From: an uncultured Gemmatimonadota bacterium
GTDB lineage: Bacteria > JAAXHH01
DNA: 64,000 nucleotides
Assembly (NCBI GenBank): GCA_951812955.1
Contig: OX638340.1
Span: 96,001 to 160,000, forward strand
Reading direction: 5' to 3'
A program made the position numbers and the translations under genes. The notes beneath the pieces are model-generated. The model was not told the DNA's origin and did not search any database. It saw only the letters and a program-made list of their open reading frames with translations. Every line of letters begins with the position of its first letter. The first letter of the stretch is position 1. This document shows positions 40,150-51,500 of this stretch, piece by piece.

Positions 40150-42216
40150 TCAGGTATGATCTGTAATCCGCCGCAATCTGAGCGTTCCCGACCAGGGGTC
40201 GATTACGACGGGACTCAACACGATTTCTTCACCGGGTGAAGGCCTCCCCTCCACCTTGACCGCCATGCGCGATCCGTAATCAGGAAATTCGACAAGGACG
40301 TTCCGCTCCCTCGTTTCGAGTACGGTCGCCCGGATTCGGACGTCCTTGCGCTGCTCCAGGTACTTCAGGAGCCAGTACCATTCCCTCCGGGCCTGTATCT
40401 TGTTCAGGATCCTGCTGCGTTCCAGGGCGGACAATTCGTCCATCATTTCACTGGCGTTGTAAGCCGGGGAGCCGTCCGCCAGGGCCGCCCGCAACTGCCG
40501 CTGATGGACCAGGTCCGCATAGCGGCGGATCGGCGACGTGACCTGGCAGTAGGTATCTACGCCAAGCGTGGCGTGCGGCCTGGACTTCAGGCTCAGTTCA
40601 AGCGGTTTCATCCTTCTCAGCACCTGGAAGCGCCAGACCGCGTCGCGTTCCGCCTGCTCAAGGTCGCCCAGATCGGTCTCTGGCTGGGTACGAAAAATCG
40701 CGGGCATGTCGCGGCCGTTCAGGTACGCCGCGGCAGTCCAATTGGCGAGGATCATCAACTCCGATACGATGTGCTCGGAACGGGTGGAAGTGTCCCGGTT
40801 CACGATCCGGATGCGTTTCTCGCCGTCGACCTTGATCATGACTACACTGCGTTCCAGATCGACCGCGCCCTGGTCGATGCGCCGCTGGTAGAAAACGTCA
40901 ACCGCCTGGTTCAGGATCTGCAGCACTTCGGCGTACGGTTGCTCAATCGTTCCCAGCAGTCGGTTGGCTTCGTCGTAGGACATTCTCGCACGGTTGACGA
41001 TCACGGAAGGCACGATCCGGGATTCCAGCAATTCGAAGCCGGATGACAGCGAGAATAGGAAACTGATGGCGCAACGCCTTTCACCTTCGAGCAACGCGCA
41101 GTGGCCCTGGGAAAGGTTGGCGGGCAGCATGGGGACGTGCCGGTCCGGCAGATAAAGGGAGGACATCCGTTCCCGGGCCGCGAGGTCCAGGACCGAATCC
41201 CGAGGCACGAGGTCGGCCACGTCGGTGATATGCACGCCGATCCGGTATCCGTCCGCGGTGCGTTCCGCGGAAATGGCGTCGTCCATATCCTGGGTTGACG
41301 CGTCGTCTATCGACAGGATCGGCAATCCGGTCAGGTCTTCCCGGCCTACTTCCGAAGACCGACAGGAAGCGGTGAATGCGAGCACCTCTTCTGAGAACTC
41401 GGTCGGTATCTCGTAACGCAGCAGATCGAGATGTTGATCTTCGTCCCAGAACCCCTTGCGTACCATGACATCGAAGATGGATCGTTGCGGGTCGCCTCCC
41501 GCCAGGGTGGGTATTTCCTTAAGCAGGGAACGCACTTTTTCGATCGCAGTGTATTCGTCGCCCTGAATGACGTACTCCCGGAGATGGGATAGCCAGCGTT
41601 TCTGCCGGTTCGTCAGGGAGTGCAGGTCCTGCCGCGTATCGTCCGCGAACCAGCGGTTGAATCCTTCCCGCTCGGTCTCCACGGCCTGCTGGCGCGCTTC
41701 TTGATCGCGGATGTTGTTGACCTGGTCGGATGAGCGGGACCTGAAGCCGTTGTCCCCTTCGGAGAAGTAGAGGCACTGGCGGCTTAGATGCAGATGCATG
41801 GCCGCCCGTTGCTCCGGCGAGCCGGGTTCGCCCCAGTACAGTTCGCCGATGTCCTCCGAAGTATAGACGGCGGGATCGTCCTTCAGGACCTCCCATACTT
41901 CTTCCAGGTCGAAGGATCCGGCCTGTTCTTCGATATTTCGCCGGACTTCCAGCATTTCGGCCAGGTCGCGCACCCGGATTTCAGTGTACCGTACGATCGG
42001 GTCCGTCGAGATGTCCATGACCCGGTTGGCGGAGGTCGCCACCTTGAATTTTTTCCTGGAAACGGCCTGCAGCATGCCTATTTGAATGTCCCCGCGATGG
42101 CGGAAGATGATCAGATCGCCTGTATGCACCGATTGCCCTTTTCTACACGGATGAGACCGGGTGAATCTGCGGGGATTCGATCCATTTATCCTGTGTCTGG
42201 ACCGGGTCGAAGTCAA
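40150..42216 (-). CDS. RNB-domain 3'-5' exoribonuclease (RNase II/R family)
   Basis: RNB catalytic motifs SIDDASTQDMDDAIS and YLPDRHVPMLP, plus a C-terminal S1-like region. The N-terminal ~45 aa of the ORF may not be coding. Confidence 0.75.
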   Translation of the reverse strand: MTSTRSRHRINGSNPRRFTRSHPCRKGQSVHTGDLIIFRHRGDIQIGMLQAVSRKKFKVATSANRVMDISTDPIVRYTEIRVRDLAEMLEVRRNIEEQAGSFDLEEVWEVLKDDPAVYTSEDIGELYWGEPGSPEQRAAMHLHLSRQCLYFSEGDNGFRSRSSDQVNNIRDQEARQQAVETEREGFNRWFADDTRQDLHSLTNRQKRWLSHLREYVIQGDEYTAIEKVRSLLKEIPTLAGGDPQRSIFDVMVRKGFWDEDQHLDLLRYEIPTEFSEEVLAFTASCRSSEVGREDLTGLPILSIDDASTQDMDDAISAERTADGYRIGVHITDVADLVPRDSVLDLAARERMSSLYLPDRHVPMLPANLSQGHCALLEGERRCAISFLFSLSSGFELLESRIVPSVIVNRARMSYDEANRLLGTIEQPYAEVLQILNQAVDVFYQRRIDQGAVDLERSVVMIKVDGEKRIRIVNRDTSTRSEHIVSELMILANWTAAAYLNGRDMPAIFRTQPETDLGDLEQAERDAVWRFQVLRRMKPLELSLKSRPHATLGVDTYCQVTSPIRRYADLVHQRQLRAALADGSPAYNASEMMDELSALERSRILNKIQARREWYWLLKYLEQRKDVRIRATVLETRERNVLVEFPDYGSRMAVKVEGRPSPGEEIVLSPVVIDPWSGTLRLRRITDHT

Positions 42217-42327
42217 GGGATTTCACGGGTGGAAAGTATGCGGGTTGACTTCGCTCCGGCTATGGGATATCATGCGTTGAGTTGAATCGCGACAGACTGT
42301 TTTTCAGACGAATCGAAAGGGTCAAAG

Positions 42328-42966
42328 ATGATTTTCGAACAGGTACTGAACGGGGGCGACCGGAACTTCGGTTACCTGGTGGCCGACGAAAAGACCCGGA
42401 AAGCGGCGGCGGTCGATCCATCCTACCGGCCCGAATACTACATGCAGCGAGCGGGCGAGCTGGGCGTGGAACTTGCCTGCATCATCTGCACGCATTCCCA
42501 CCACGACCACGTAAACGGCAATGATCATCTTATCGAGGAACTGGGCATCGACGTGGTGATGTATCGGGACGCGGAGTATTTCTACGATATCGAGGTGACG
42601 GACGGCGAGGTGTTCACACTGGGTGAACTCGAACTGGCTGTGATTCACACGCCCGGCCACTGCGAGGACGGCATGTGTCTTCTGGCGGAAGACAGGCTGA
42701 TTACCGGGGACACGCTTTTCGTGGGTAAAGTGGGCGGCACGGCCACCAAAGAAGAAGCGAGGAAGGAATATGACAGCCTGCGGCGCCTGATGGAACTGGA
42801 CGACGATATCGGCGTCTACCCCGGCCATGACTTCGGAGTAAAGCCCTCGTCGTCGATCGGCTACGAGAGAGAGAACAATCCCTTTATCATGCAGCCCACT
42901 TTCGAGGATTTCCTGCATCTCAAGGAAAACTGGCTCGCGTACAAAGCGGAGCACAACATCCCATAG
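42328..42966 (+). CDS. MBL-fold metallo-hydrolase
   Basis: THSHHDHVNG (the HxHxDH motif) and HTPGH. Confidence 0.8.
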   Translation: MIFEQVLNGGDRNFGYLVADEKTRKAAAVDPSYRPEYYMQRAGELGVELACIICTHSHHDHVNGNDHLIEELGIDVVMYRDAEYFYDIEVTDGEVFTLGELELAVIHTPGHCEDGMCLLAEDRLITGDTLFVGKVGGTATKEEARKEYDSLRRLMELDDDIGVYPGHDFGVKPSSSIGYERENNPFIMQPTFEDFLHLKENWLAYKAEHNIP

Positions 42967-43044
42967 CCCGCCCCGGGATGCGCTTCACGAAATCCGGTCA
43001 AGTCTCTATTCGGTTCACGACGTCCGGTCCGGTTTTGGTGCGGC

Positions 43045-44277
43045 TCACGACGTCCTGTCCAGTCCCTCTGCAACCTTTCGCACGGCGCCAACCACGTCGT
43101 CGATATCCCCTTCGGTGTAACGCTCGTTGAATGAAATCAGCACGAGTTGTCCGAGCAGTTCGCGGGTTCTGGGGCAGAGTTCGTCCACGCGCTCGAAGTT
43201 GCGGTCTGTATACGGGCTGTAAAAGGGGAAACGGGAGTTCCCGTAGGTCCTGTGCTCCGCGAGCGCCGCCGAACACTGGAATATCGGATCGCCGATATAG
43301 CCGGCGCGTGCGCCGATCCCTTCGGCATTCAGCGCCCGTGCGAAAGTTTCGTTCGAAAACCCGGTAACGCGCATGGGATACGTCCAGTAGCTGTGTCTTG
43401 CGCCGGGCGTGACCGGCGCCGGTACGATACCGCCGAGGTGCTTTATCCCCTCGGTTAACCGGCCGCCAAGTCTGTTTCGCGATTCGACGACCCCGCCGAC
43501 TTTCTCCAACTGGGCCAGCCCCACCGCGGAATGCAGTTCCGTTATGCGGCAGTTCATGCCAAGTGATCCGTACATGCGAGATCCCGCCCGGTCCCGGTCG
43601 TATTGCTTGTCCGCGAACATCCGCATGCAACGGCCCAGGGCGTCGTCCATCGTGATGGTCATGCCGCCGTCCCCGGTGGTCATGTGCTTCGACTGCTGGA
43701 AACTGAAGCATCCCATATCCCCGAAGGTCCCGAGCAACTGTCCCCGGTAACGCGTAAGGTGGGCCTGGCAGCAGTCCTCGATCAGCGTTATCCCCTTTCG
43801 CCGTGCAATCTCCGTCAAGGCCTCCATCCGGCAAGCATTGCCGAAGAGGTGTATGGCGATGATCGCCCGCGTCCTCGGCGTAATCAGTCTTTCGACGTCA
43901 TCCGGGTCCACAGTCAGGGTATCCTGATCCGTGTCCGCGAAGACGGGCACGGCGTTCTGGTACAGGATCGGGATGATCGTGCCCAGGTCGGTGATCGCAC
44001 TCGTAATGATCTCGTCGCCGGGTTCCGGGTTTACCGCGCCGACCGCGACATGGAGGGCCGCCGTTCCCGACGTGGAACCCGTAGCGTGCTTCGCGCCATA
44101 CGTCTCGGCAAACCTGGATTCGAACAGCGGGGTGAGTTCCCCGCCCCACCTGAAAAGATTCTGGGAACGCAGCGCTTTTGTTACGAGTCGGATTTCTTCT
44201 TCGTCGAAGGGGATTCTGGCGGGGAAAGGGCGGGATACCGCGTCCCGGTAGGGGGTCCCGCCGTGCAGGGCCAGCAT
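43045..44277 (-). CDS. DegT/DnrJ/EryC1/StrS-family PLP-dependent (sugar) aminotransferase
   Basis: 410 aa with SFQQSKHMTTGDGG (PLP-Lys) and the characteristic GTxAL N-terminal region. Confidence 0.85.
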   Translation of the reverse strand: MLALHGGTPYRDAVSRPFPARIPFDEEEIRLVTKALRSQNLFRWGGELTPLFESRFAETYGAKHATGSTSGTAALHVAVGAVNPEPGDEIITSAITDLGTIIPILYQNAVPVFADTDQDTLTVDPDDVERLITPRTRAIIAIHLFGNACRMEALTEIARRKGITLIEDCCQAHLTRYRGQLLGTFGDMGCFSFQQSKHMTTGDGGMTITMDDALGRCMRMFADKQYDRDRAGSRMYGSLGMNCRITELHSAVGLAQLEKVGGVVESRNRLGGRLTEGIKHLGGIVPAPVTPGARHSYWTYPMRVTGFSNETFARALNAEGIGARAGYIGDPIFQCSAALAEHRTYGNSRFPFYSPYTDRNFERVDELCPRTRELLGQLVLISFNERYTEGDIDDVVGAVRKVAEGLDRTS

Positions 44278-44320
44278 GAACGATCTCCGTGTCTTCCGCC
44301 TGACGCTCGAATCGATATGG

Positions 44321-44360
44321 CGGCTTTACTCCGTCACCTGCGGCTTTACTCCGTCACCTG
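44321..44360. repeat. 20-bp perfect tandem duplication between the GNAT and DegT genes
   Basis: cggctttactccgtcacctg occurs twice, followed by a degenerate third copy cggctgtcactacgtgccgg. Confidence 0.8.
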
Positions 44361-44389
44361 CGGCTGTCACTACGTGCCGGCGTGAAGAC

Positions 44390-44905
44390 CTACAGATCCA
44401 CCCGGTAACGGCACTTCCATTTCGTGTCCCACGTGTACAGCGGATCGTCCGGGGGAATGGGGACGGTTTCGACCAGCGTTGAACCGATAATCTCGCAGGT
44501 TCTCCTGGAGGCGGCGTTATCGGGGTTGCAGGTGATCCACAGCGGGTTGATACCGTGCGCCCGGGCCAGGGGCAGGAGGAGCAGGCAACCGCGCGCGGCC
44601 AGGCGGCGGCCGCGGTAAGGCGGTTCCACGGAGTAGCCGATATGCCCCGCATACAATTCGATATGCTCCGTGTGGCCGATGCGCAGGGAGAGTCGTCCCA
44701 TCACGATGGACTGACGGTCCGTCTGCACCATGTCGAATATGTATTCGGGAACGACGCCCCTTCGTGCGTTGCCCTGCAGCGTCCTGCGGAGCAGCAACTG
44801 CAGATCGCCGTCCACGAGCACGCCCGGATCGCGAAATCGAAACGGGTCGTCCTCGACCTTGAATCGGTTTCTGAGGTCAGAAATCAACAGACTGATGTTT
44901 TTCAT
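44390..44905 (-). CDS. GNAT-family N-acetyltransferase
   Basis: 171 aa with the acetyl-CoA-binding segment RGRRLAARG (Q/RxxGxG/A motif). Confidence 0.65.
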   Translation of the reverse strand: MKNISLLISDLRNRFKVEDDPFRFRDPGVLVDGDLQLLLRRTLQGNARRGVVPEYIFDMVQTDRQSIVMGRLSLRIGHTEHIELYAGHIGYSVEPPYRGRRLAARGCLLLLPLARAHGINPLWITCNPDNAASRRTCEIIGSTLVETVPIPPDDPLYTWDTKWKCRYRVDL

Positions 44906-44973
44906 CGACTATGATGGACTTCCCACACCGGATCTCCGGGGCAGGAGTGAAGTCCACGTCTTTGGCGTACCCG

Positions 44974-46416
44974 TCAATACCGGTAGTGATCGGGTTTGAA
45001 GGGACCTTCGATTGGAACGCCGATGTAGTCCGCCTGGTTCCGGGACAACCGGGTCAGCGTCACGCCCAGCTTGTGCAGGTGAAGCCTGGCCACTTCCTCG
45101 TCCAGGTGTTTGGGCAGGGTCGTGACTCCGGTCTCGCGGTCATGAAGCCGCAGGTCGATCTGCGCGATCACCTGGTTGGTGAAGGAACTGGACATGACAA
45201 ATGAAGGATGGCCCGTGGCGCATCCCAGGTTGACCAGTCTTCCCTCGGCAAGCAGGTAGATGACGTGGCCGTCGGGAAAGACGTACTTGTCCACCTGGGG
45301 CTTGATGTTCTGTTTCACGATACCGGGGTATTCGTTCAGCGCGTCCACCTGGATTTCGTTGTCGAAATGGCCGATGTTGCAAACTATGGCCTGGTCCTGC
45401 ATGTTCTCCATGTGTTCGATCCGGATGATGTCGCGGTTTCCGGTCGTCGTTACGAAGATCTGGCCCTGATCGAGCGCATCTTCGACTGTAGTCACTTCAT
45501 AGCCTTCCATGGCGGCCTGAAGCGCGCAGATTGGATCGATCTCCGTGATCAGGATGCGCGCGCCGAACCCCCGCATGGACTGAGCACAACCCTTGCCCAC
45601 GTCTCCATATCCGCAGACGACGACCGTTTTTCCGGCGACCATGACGTCCAGGGCGCGTTTCAGGCCGTCCGCTAGCGATTCGCGGCAGCCGTACAGGTTG
45701 TCGAACTTCGATTTGGTCACCGAATCGTTGACGTTGATGGCCGGAAACAGAAGCTTGCCGTCCTGCATCATCTGGTAGAGCCGGTGGACCCCGGTGGTCG
45801 TCTCTTCGGATACGCCGCGGATGTTGGCACTCATTTCGTGCCAGAACCGTGGGTTTCTATCCAGCTGCCGCCTGAGCACTTCGTTAATGATCTGCATCTC
45901 GCGGCTGTCGGCCGGTTCGTCCAGGATGGAGGGGTCATCTTCGGCTTCCACGCCCCGATGAATCAGCAGGGTGGCGTCGCCGCCGTCATCCACGATCTGC
46001 GTCGGGCCGGTCTCGCCTTCGAAGGTCAACGCCTGCAGCGTGCAGGCCCAGTATTCTTCCAGACTCTCCCCCTTCCACGCGTAGACGGGCAGGCCATCGT
46101 CCGCGATGGCCGCCGCCGCGTGGTCCTGGGTCGAGAAGACGTTGCAGGATGCCCACCGTACGTCCGCGCCCAGGGCCTTGAGCGTCTGGATGAGCACGGC
46201 GGTCTGAATCGTCATGTGGAGGGAACCCATGATACGCGTGTCTTTGAGGGGCTGTTCACGGGCGTGTTTCTCTCGAATGGCCATCAGTCCGGGCATTTCC
46301 TGTTCTGCGATGGCGATTTCGCGGTGACCCAATTCGGCCTCGGACAGGTCGGCTACTTTATAGGGAAGATCGGAATAGTCCGGCAATTCGATGGTGGTCG
46401 GCACTTCCTGCGCCAT
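44974..46416 (-). CDS. ahcY: adenosylhomocysteinase (SAH hydrolase)
   Basis: MAQEVPTT...DYKVADLS...[13 protein letters not shown]-type motifs and the NAD-binding [10 protein letters not shown]. The start was set at the internal Met 46416. Confidence 0.9.
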   Translation of the reverse strand: MAQEVPTTIELPDYSDLPYKVADLSEAELGHREIAIAEQEMPGLMAIREKHAREQPLKDTRIMGSLHMTIQTAVLIQTLKALGADVRWASCNVFSTQDHAAAAIADDGLPVYAWKGESLEEYWACTLQALTFEGETGPTQIVDDGGDATLLIHRGVEAEDDPSILDEPADSREMQIINEVLRRQLDRNPRFWHEMSANIRGVSEETTTGVHRLYQMMQDGKLLFPAINVNDSVTKSKFDNLYGCRESLADGLKRALDVMVAGKTVVVCGYGDVGKGCAQSMRGFGARILITEIDPICALQAAMEGYEVTTVEDALDQGQIFVTTTGNRDIIRIEHMENMQDQAIVCNIGHFDNEIQVDALNEYPGIVKQNIKPQVDKYVFPDGHVIYLLAEGRLVNLGCATGHPSFVMSSSFTNQVIAQIDLRLHDRETGVTTLPKHLDEEVARLHLHKLGVTLTRLSRNQADYIGVPIEGPFKPDHYRY

Positions 46417-46691
46417 GTAAGCTCTCCTTGGTACTGTTTTGCGGACTGCAGGCTCGAGGTTTCGTTCAGATAATCGATCCCTATTATATGCGGTAGCCAC
46501 CTCGAATGCAACAACCACGTTGACTGTCTACCGTCCCGCCCGGATGATTCGCGGAACCGGCCGCAATGCTGGAACTCCGCCCGCGTAGTGCAGAAATCGC
46601 TTGTAAACCGGTATCCGGACTCTTATAGTCTTTCCCATCCACTGCCATGCAGCATTACTCCACTGGACGATCTCGCACGCGGGAGGGACTC

Positions 46692-46958
46692 ATGATCGAT
46701 CAGGCATTGCTGGACATACTGGCCTGCCCGGAAACCAAGGAGGAAGTCAATCTCGCGCCAGATCACGTCGTCGAAACCGTCAATGGCCGGATAAGTGCCG
46801 GTACGCTCGTCAACCGGGGCGGCGAGAAGGTGACGGAGCCCATCGAGGGTGGATTGGTACGGGCCGACGGAGCGTATCTGTATCCTATCAGGGAAGAGAT
46901 CCCGATCATGCTGATCGACGAAGCGATTCCCCTTTCCGGCGAGGTCAACGCGCCCTGA
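46692..46958 (+). CDS. Trm112-like (DUF343) small protein
   Basis: LLDILACPETK...LYPIREEIPIML, the typical Trm112p-like zinc-ribbon pattern. Confidence 0.55.
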   Translation: MIDQALLDILACPETKEEVNLAPDHVVETVNGRISAGTLVNRGGEKVTEPIEGGLVRADGAYLYPIREEIPIMLIDEAIPLSGEVNAP

Positions 46959-47027
46959 CCGGTTCGCAGCGGCAACGAACGGTCAGATTCCCTATCTTAC
47001 CCGTACCACTCGTACAAGCGAAACTGC

Positions 47028-48383
47028 ATGTCCCAGGCACCCGATCCCTACGCACAGCTTCCCGAACACGTTAAAGACCCGCCCAAGGACCGATGGTCTA
47101 CAATCCGTCAACTGGGACCGGGCCTGCTGCTGACCGGTTCAATCGTAGGTTCCGGCGAACTCATTGCCACCACGCGACTGGGTGCCGAGGTCGGTTTCGT
47201 CGTTCTCTGGCTCATACTCCTGAGCTGCGCGGTCAAGGTACCGGTGCAAAGCGAACTCGGCCGGCACGCCATCGCCACCGGCCAGACCACCTTCGTGGCC
47301 TTCAACAAGGTGCCCGGACCGCGATTCCGGGTAACCTGGCTCGTCTGGGGAAGCCTGCTCCTCCTGCTCTGGAGCACCATGCAGGTGGGCGGCATTTTTG
47401 GAACGATGAGCCTGTCGCTGGACCTGATCTTTCCATTCTTCGGAAACACGTCCTGGCTGATTATTCTCACCTTGGTCGGCATGGGGCTCGGTCTCGTGGG
47501 ACAGTACATGACGCTGGAACGGATTACCACCCTCCTGGTGGCCCTGTTCACCTTCACGACACTGGCCAGCGCGCTGCTCCTGTTCTGGACCCCCTATGCC
47601 GTTACACCGGCAGCGCTCCTGGACGGATTGCGGTTCGCCCTCCCGTCGGACGGCGCCGTGACAGCCTTTGCCGTCTTCGGCATCACCGGTGTAGGCGCTT
47701 CCGAACTGTTGCTTTACCCGTACTGGTGCGTGGAAAAGGGCTATGCCCGGGCGGCCGGACCCCGCGACGGCAGCGCGGCCTGGCGTGAACGCGCCATGGG
47801 ATGGATCAGTGTAATGAAGAAGGACGTATGGCTGTGCATGGTCATTTACACGGTGGCGACGCTGGCCTTCTTCTTCCTCGGCGCGGCTGTGCTCCACGCC
47901 CAGGGCCTTGTTCCGGAGGGGTTCGGTACCGTGCAGATCCTTTCCGGGATGTACACCGAAACGCTGGGAAACTGGGCGTTCTACCTGTTCGGCGTCGGCG
48001 CTTTCGTAGTCCTGTTTTCGACGTATTTCGTCACCATCGTAGGCCAGTCGCGCATGCTGGCAGACGCCCTTTCGGTACTCGGCTTCATAACCTACGCGCG
48101 GCCCGAGGACAGACGCCGCGTCGTGCAGGTGATCGGTGTCCTGCTGCCCCTGGTTTACCTCGTCCTCTTCGTCTTGTGGTCCGCGCCGGTCACGATGGTG
48201 ATCTTCGGTGGACTGATGCAGACAATCCTCTTGCCAGCCATTGGATGGGCGGCGCTCTACTTCAGCCGGACCACGGCGAAGGAAGCGGGCGTCCCGCCGT
48301 CCAGGACCTTGCTGGTCGCACTGACTGCCGCCACGATCATCATGGCCGTTTTTGCCGTGTACGCCGTCTGGGTTAGACTGTAG
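47028..48383 (+). CDS. NRAMP-like divalent-metal transporter family membrane protein (about 11 TM)
   Basis: 451 aa, polytopic, with GPGLLLTGSIVGSGELIATT resembling the NRAMP/MntH N-terminal motif. The assignment is tentative. Confidence 0.45.
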   Translation: MSQAPDPYAQLPEHVKDPPKDRWSTIRQLGPGLLLTGSIVGSGELIATTRLGAEVGFVVLWLILLSCAVKVPVQSELGRHAIATGQTTFVAFNKVPGPRFRVTWLVWGSLLLLLWSTMQVGGIFGTMSLSLDLIFPFFGNTSWLIILTLVGMGLGLVGQYMTLERITTLLVALFTFTTLASALLLFWTPYAVTPAALLDGLRFALPSDGAVTAFAVFGITGVGASELLLYPYWCVEKGYARAAGPRDGSAAWRERAMGWISVMKKDVWLCMVIYTVATLAFFFLGAAVLHAQGLVPEGFGTVQILSGMYTETLGNWAFYLFGVGAFVVLFSTYFVTIVGQSRMLADALSVLGFITYARPEDRRRVVQVIGVLLPLVYLVLFVLWSAPVTMVIFGGLMQTILLPAIGWAALYFSRTTAKEAGVPPSRTLLVALTAATIIMAVFAVYAVWVRL

Positions 48384-48439
48384 TCAGGGCCGGACAGGAA
48401 ATGGCCACGCTGGACCGGACCCGAGGCGGGATGCCTCCC

Positions 48440-48575
48440 GATCAGACCAGGCTGGATTGCTGGTCGCGGGCACGATGGGCTTCCCGATCAGACCAGGCTG
48501 GATTGCTGGTCGCGGGCACCATGGGCTTCCCGTTCAGACCAGGCTGGATTGCTGGTCGCGGGTACGATGGGATGA
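48440..48575. repeat. 46-bp tandem repeat (about 2.9 copies) at the convergent junction; it supplies the last codons and stop of the HyuAB gene
   Basis: gatcagaccaggctggattgctggtcgcgggcacgatgggcttccc at 48441-48486 and 48487-48532, plus a partial third copy to about 48575. Confidence 0.85.
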
Positions 48576-51500
48576 GGCCCTCGACCGAGGCGGTCCGTAA
48601 CCGCCACCACCGGCGGACAGGGCGACGATGTGGTCCCCCGGCAGAATCGGTACCTCGGTTTCCTTGGACTTCAACATTCTTTCCGTGCCGTTGGATACCA
48701 CCTTGTAGCGGTGCGGCAGGCCCGGCTCGCCTCCGAACAGTCCGAAGGGAGGATTGATCACGCCGTCTCCGGCCATATTCAGTTTCGCTGGTTCGTCCCC
48801 CTCGTAGACCATTTCGAAAACCGCGCCCAGACCGCCCCGCCACGTGCCGTCTCCTCCTGATCCCGGCCTCAGGTCGTTCCGGACGATCTTGAAGGGGAAG
48901 CGCTCCTCGGTGATCTCCACGCTGGGACTCCGGATCGCCCCGGCCACGTTGACCTCGCCCACGCAGGACCAGCCGTCGTACCCCCGGGAAGCGCCTCCTC
49001 CGCCCCGTCCGAAGAAGAAATGCCAGATGAAGCGTTGGCCCGTCCGCGGGTCGCGTCCGGTGATCGCGAAACGAAGCCGCCTGGAAAACCCCGCGTTCAC
49101 GGCATCAGGCGCCACGGGCGCCAGCGCCTTGAAGACGGCCTCCACGATCTCTTCCCCGCAGTGATTGGTGCTCATGCAGACCGGCGCGGGAGGATTCGGG
49201 TTCACGATCAGACCCTTCGGGGCGATCACCTTCACCGGCCGCATGGATCCCTCGTTTTTGGGCACGTCGGAGGGCGCCATGTACATGATGGCGACGTGAG
49301 CCAGCGAGCGTGTATTGGCATAGGCGCTGTTGATGAATCCGGTGACCTGGGGACTCGAATCGCCCAGGTCTATGGTCATGTTGTCGTCCTGGACGGTGAC
49401 CCGTGCGCGGATGGGGATCGACACGGCGTCGAACCCGTCGTCGTCCAGCAGCGTTTCCCCGTAGTACACGCCGTCCCTCCAGCCGGTAATCAGTTGCCGG
49501 ATCCGCCGTTCCGCGCTGTCCAGGATGGCCGCGACGGAGGTTGTCAGGCCTTCGGTGCCGTAATCGTCGAGGAGCGACTGCAGCCGGCGGGCGGCGATCT
49601 GTACCGAACCGATCTGGGCGTGCAGGTCGCCGGTGAAGTTCTCAGCGTGTCTCACGTTGACCGCCAGCATGCGCAGCAGGTCCTCCCTTGGCCGGCCCGC
49701 TTCGTACAGCCTTACGGGAGGTATGCGAAGGCCCTCGTGGTAAAGTTCGCTGGCCGAGGGATTGTATCCACCGTGGGTTCCTCCGCCGATGTCGCTGTGA
49801 TGGGCGCGGTTGACGGCGAAAAACAGCAGGTTTCCGTCGCGGAACACGGGATAGATCGCCGTGATGTCCGGCAGGTGGCTGCCGCCGAAATAAGGGTCGT
49901 TCAGGATGAACAGATCGCCTTCGACGATGCCATCGCCGAAGTACTCGCGCACCGCTTCGACGGCCGGAGGCAGGGCGCTGATATGCACGGGTATACCCTC
50001 GCCCTGCGCCACGAGTTGACCCTCCGCGTCCAGGATCGCGGTGGAGAAGTCCCTGCTGGAGTTCAGGATCTGCGACATGGAGGTGCGGATCATGACGTCG
50101 GCCATCTCTCGGGCGATCGATTCCAGGCGGTGGCCCACGACCGAATGGGTAACCGGATCCGAGGTGGCCGATGCAGGGTCCAATGTAGCCGATGTCTGGT
50201 CCGATGTAGCCGAGACCGGGTCGGGCGTGGTGTGCGAAACGGACAGCACCATGCCCCCGTAGGAGTCGATTTCGAGCCGGTCGCCTTCTTCCACGAGTAC
50301 GGTGGTGAAGTCGGACTCCACGATGGCCGGTCCTTCGATCCCGACTCCGGGCGCCAGGTCGTCGGCCGTGAAAACGGCGGCTTCGGTCCAGGCGCCGGTG
50401 TATATCCGCCGCGTGCCCTTGCGGGCAGCAGGGGTCGATGCGGCGTTCGCTTTCTCCGGCAGGATGATGGAGGGCAGTTTCCCGGTAATTGTGGCCCGCA
50501 GTGTGACCAGGCGGACTTCCTGGTCGAGTTGATGGTAGGAGTAGAGGACCCGGTATCTTTCGTGAAACAGTGCCGCCCAGGTACGCCGGATGGCGTCGTC
50601 GACCTGGTCCAGGTCCGGGATGCTCACGTTGACTTCATAGATCTGGTCCAGGTACCGCATGTCGGCGGTGAACAGGGTGGTGATGTCATCGCCTGCCAGT
50701 CCCTGTTTCCTAAGCTGTGCGGTGCCCTGTTCCGCCATGCGGTCCATCAGCCTTCTCACTTCGTCCAGGTCGACTACGTCCAGACTGGCCGTGAATGACT
50801 GCGCATAGTCGTACCTCAGGTCGGATGCGAGCATGCCGTATGCAGAAAGCACCGGTGCCGCCGAAGGGAGATGGACCGTGCTTATGCCGGTCTTGCGTGC
50901 CACCTTGCCCACGTGAAGTCCTGCCGCGCCGCCGAAGGCCAGCAGGGAGAAGTTCCGGGGATCCCCGCCGCGCCGCACGGTCAGCAGCCGGATGCCTTCG
51001 GCCATGGCCGTGGTTACGACGTCCAGCACGCCGTGTGCGGCTTCCTCAACGGTAAGCCCCAGGGGTTTCGCCACGTGTGCCTCCAGTGCCTCTTGAGACC
51101 GGTTCGGATGCAGCAGGGTCCGCCCGCCCAGGAAATTCCCCGGATCGAGGTACCCCAGGACCAGGTTTGCGTCGGTCACCGTGGGCCGGTCGCCTCCCTG
51201 CCCGTAACAGGCCGGCCCCGGATCGGCCCCGGCGCTCTGGGGCCCCACGTGCAGGGTGCCTCCATCATCCACCCGGGCGATGCTACCGCCACCCGCCCCC
51301 AGCGTATGGAGATCGATCATCGGCACGGCGATTTTCCATCCCCCTTCGTAGTGTTCCCCCGAAACCTGCGGATCGCCGCCTTCGATCACCGAAATGTCCG
51401 TGCTCGTCCCGCCCATATCGAATCCGATGAGATTGGCCTCGCCGATCAGCCGGCCGTAGGCCACAGCGCCGCTGACGCCGCCGGCGGGACCCGAGAGTAT

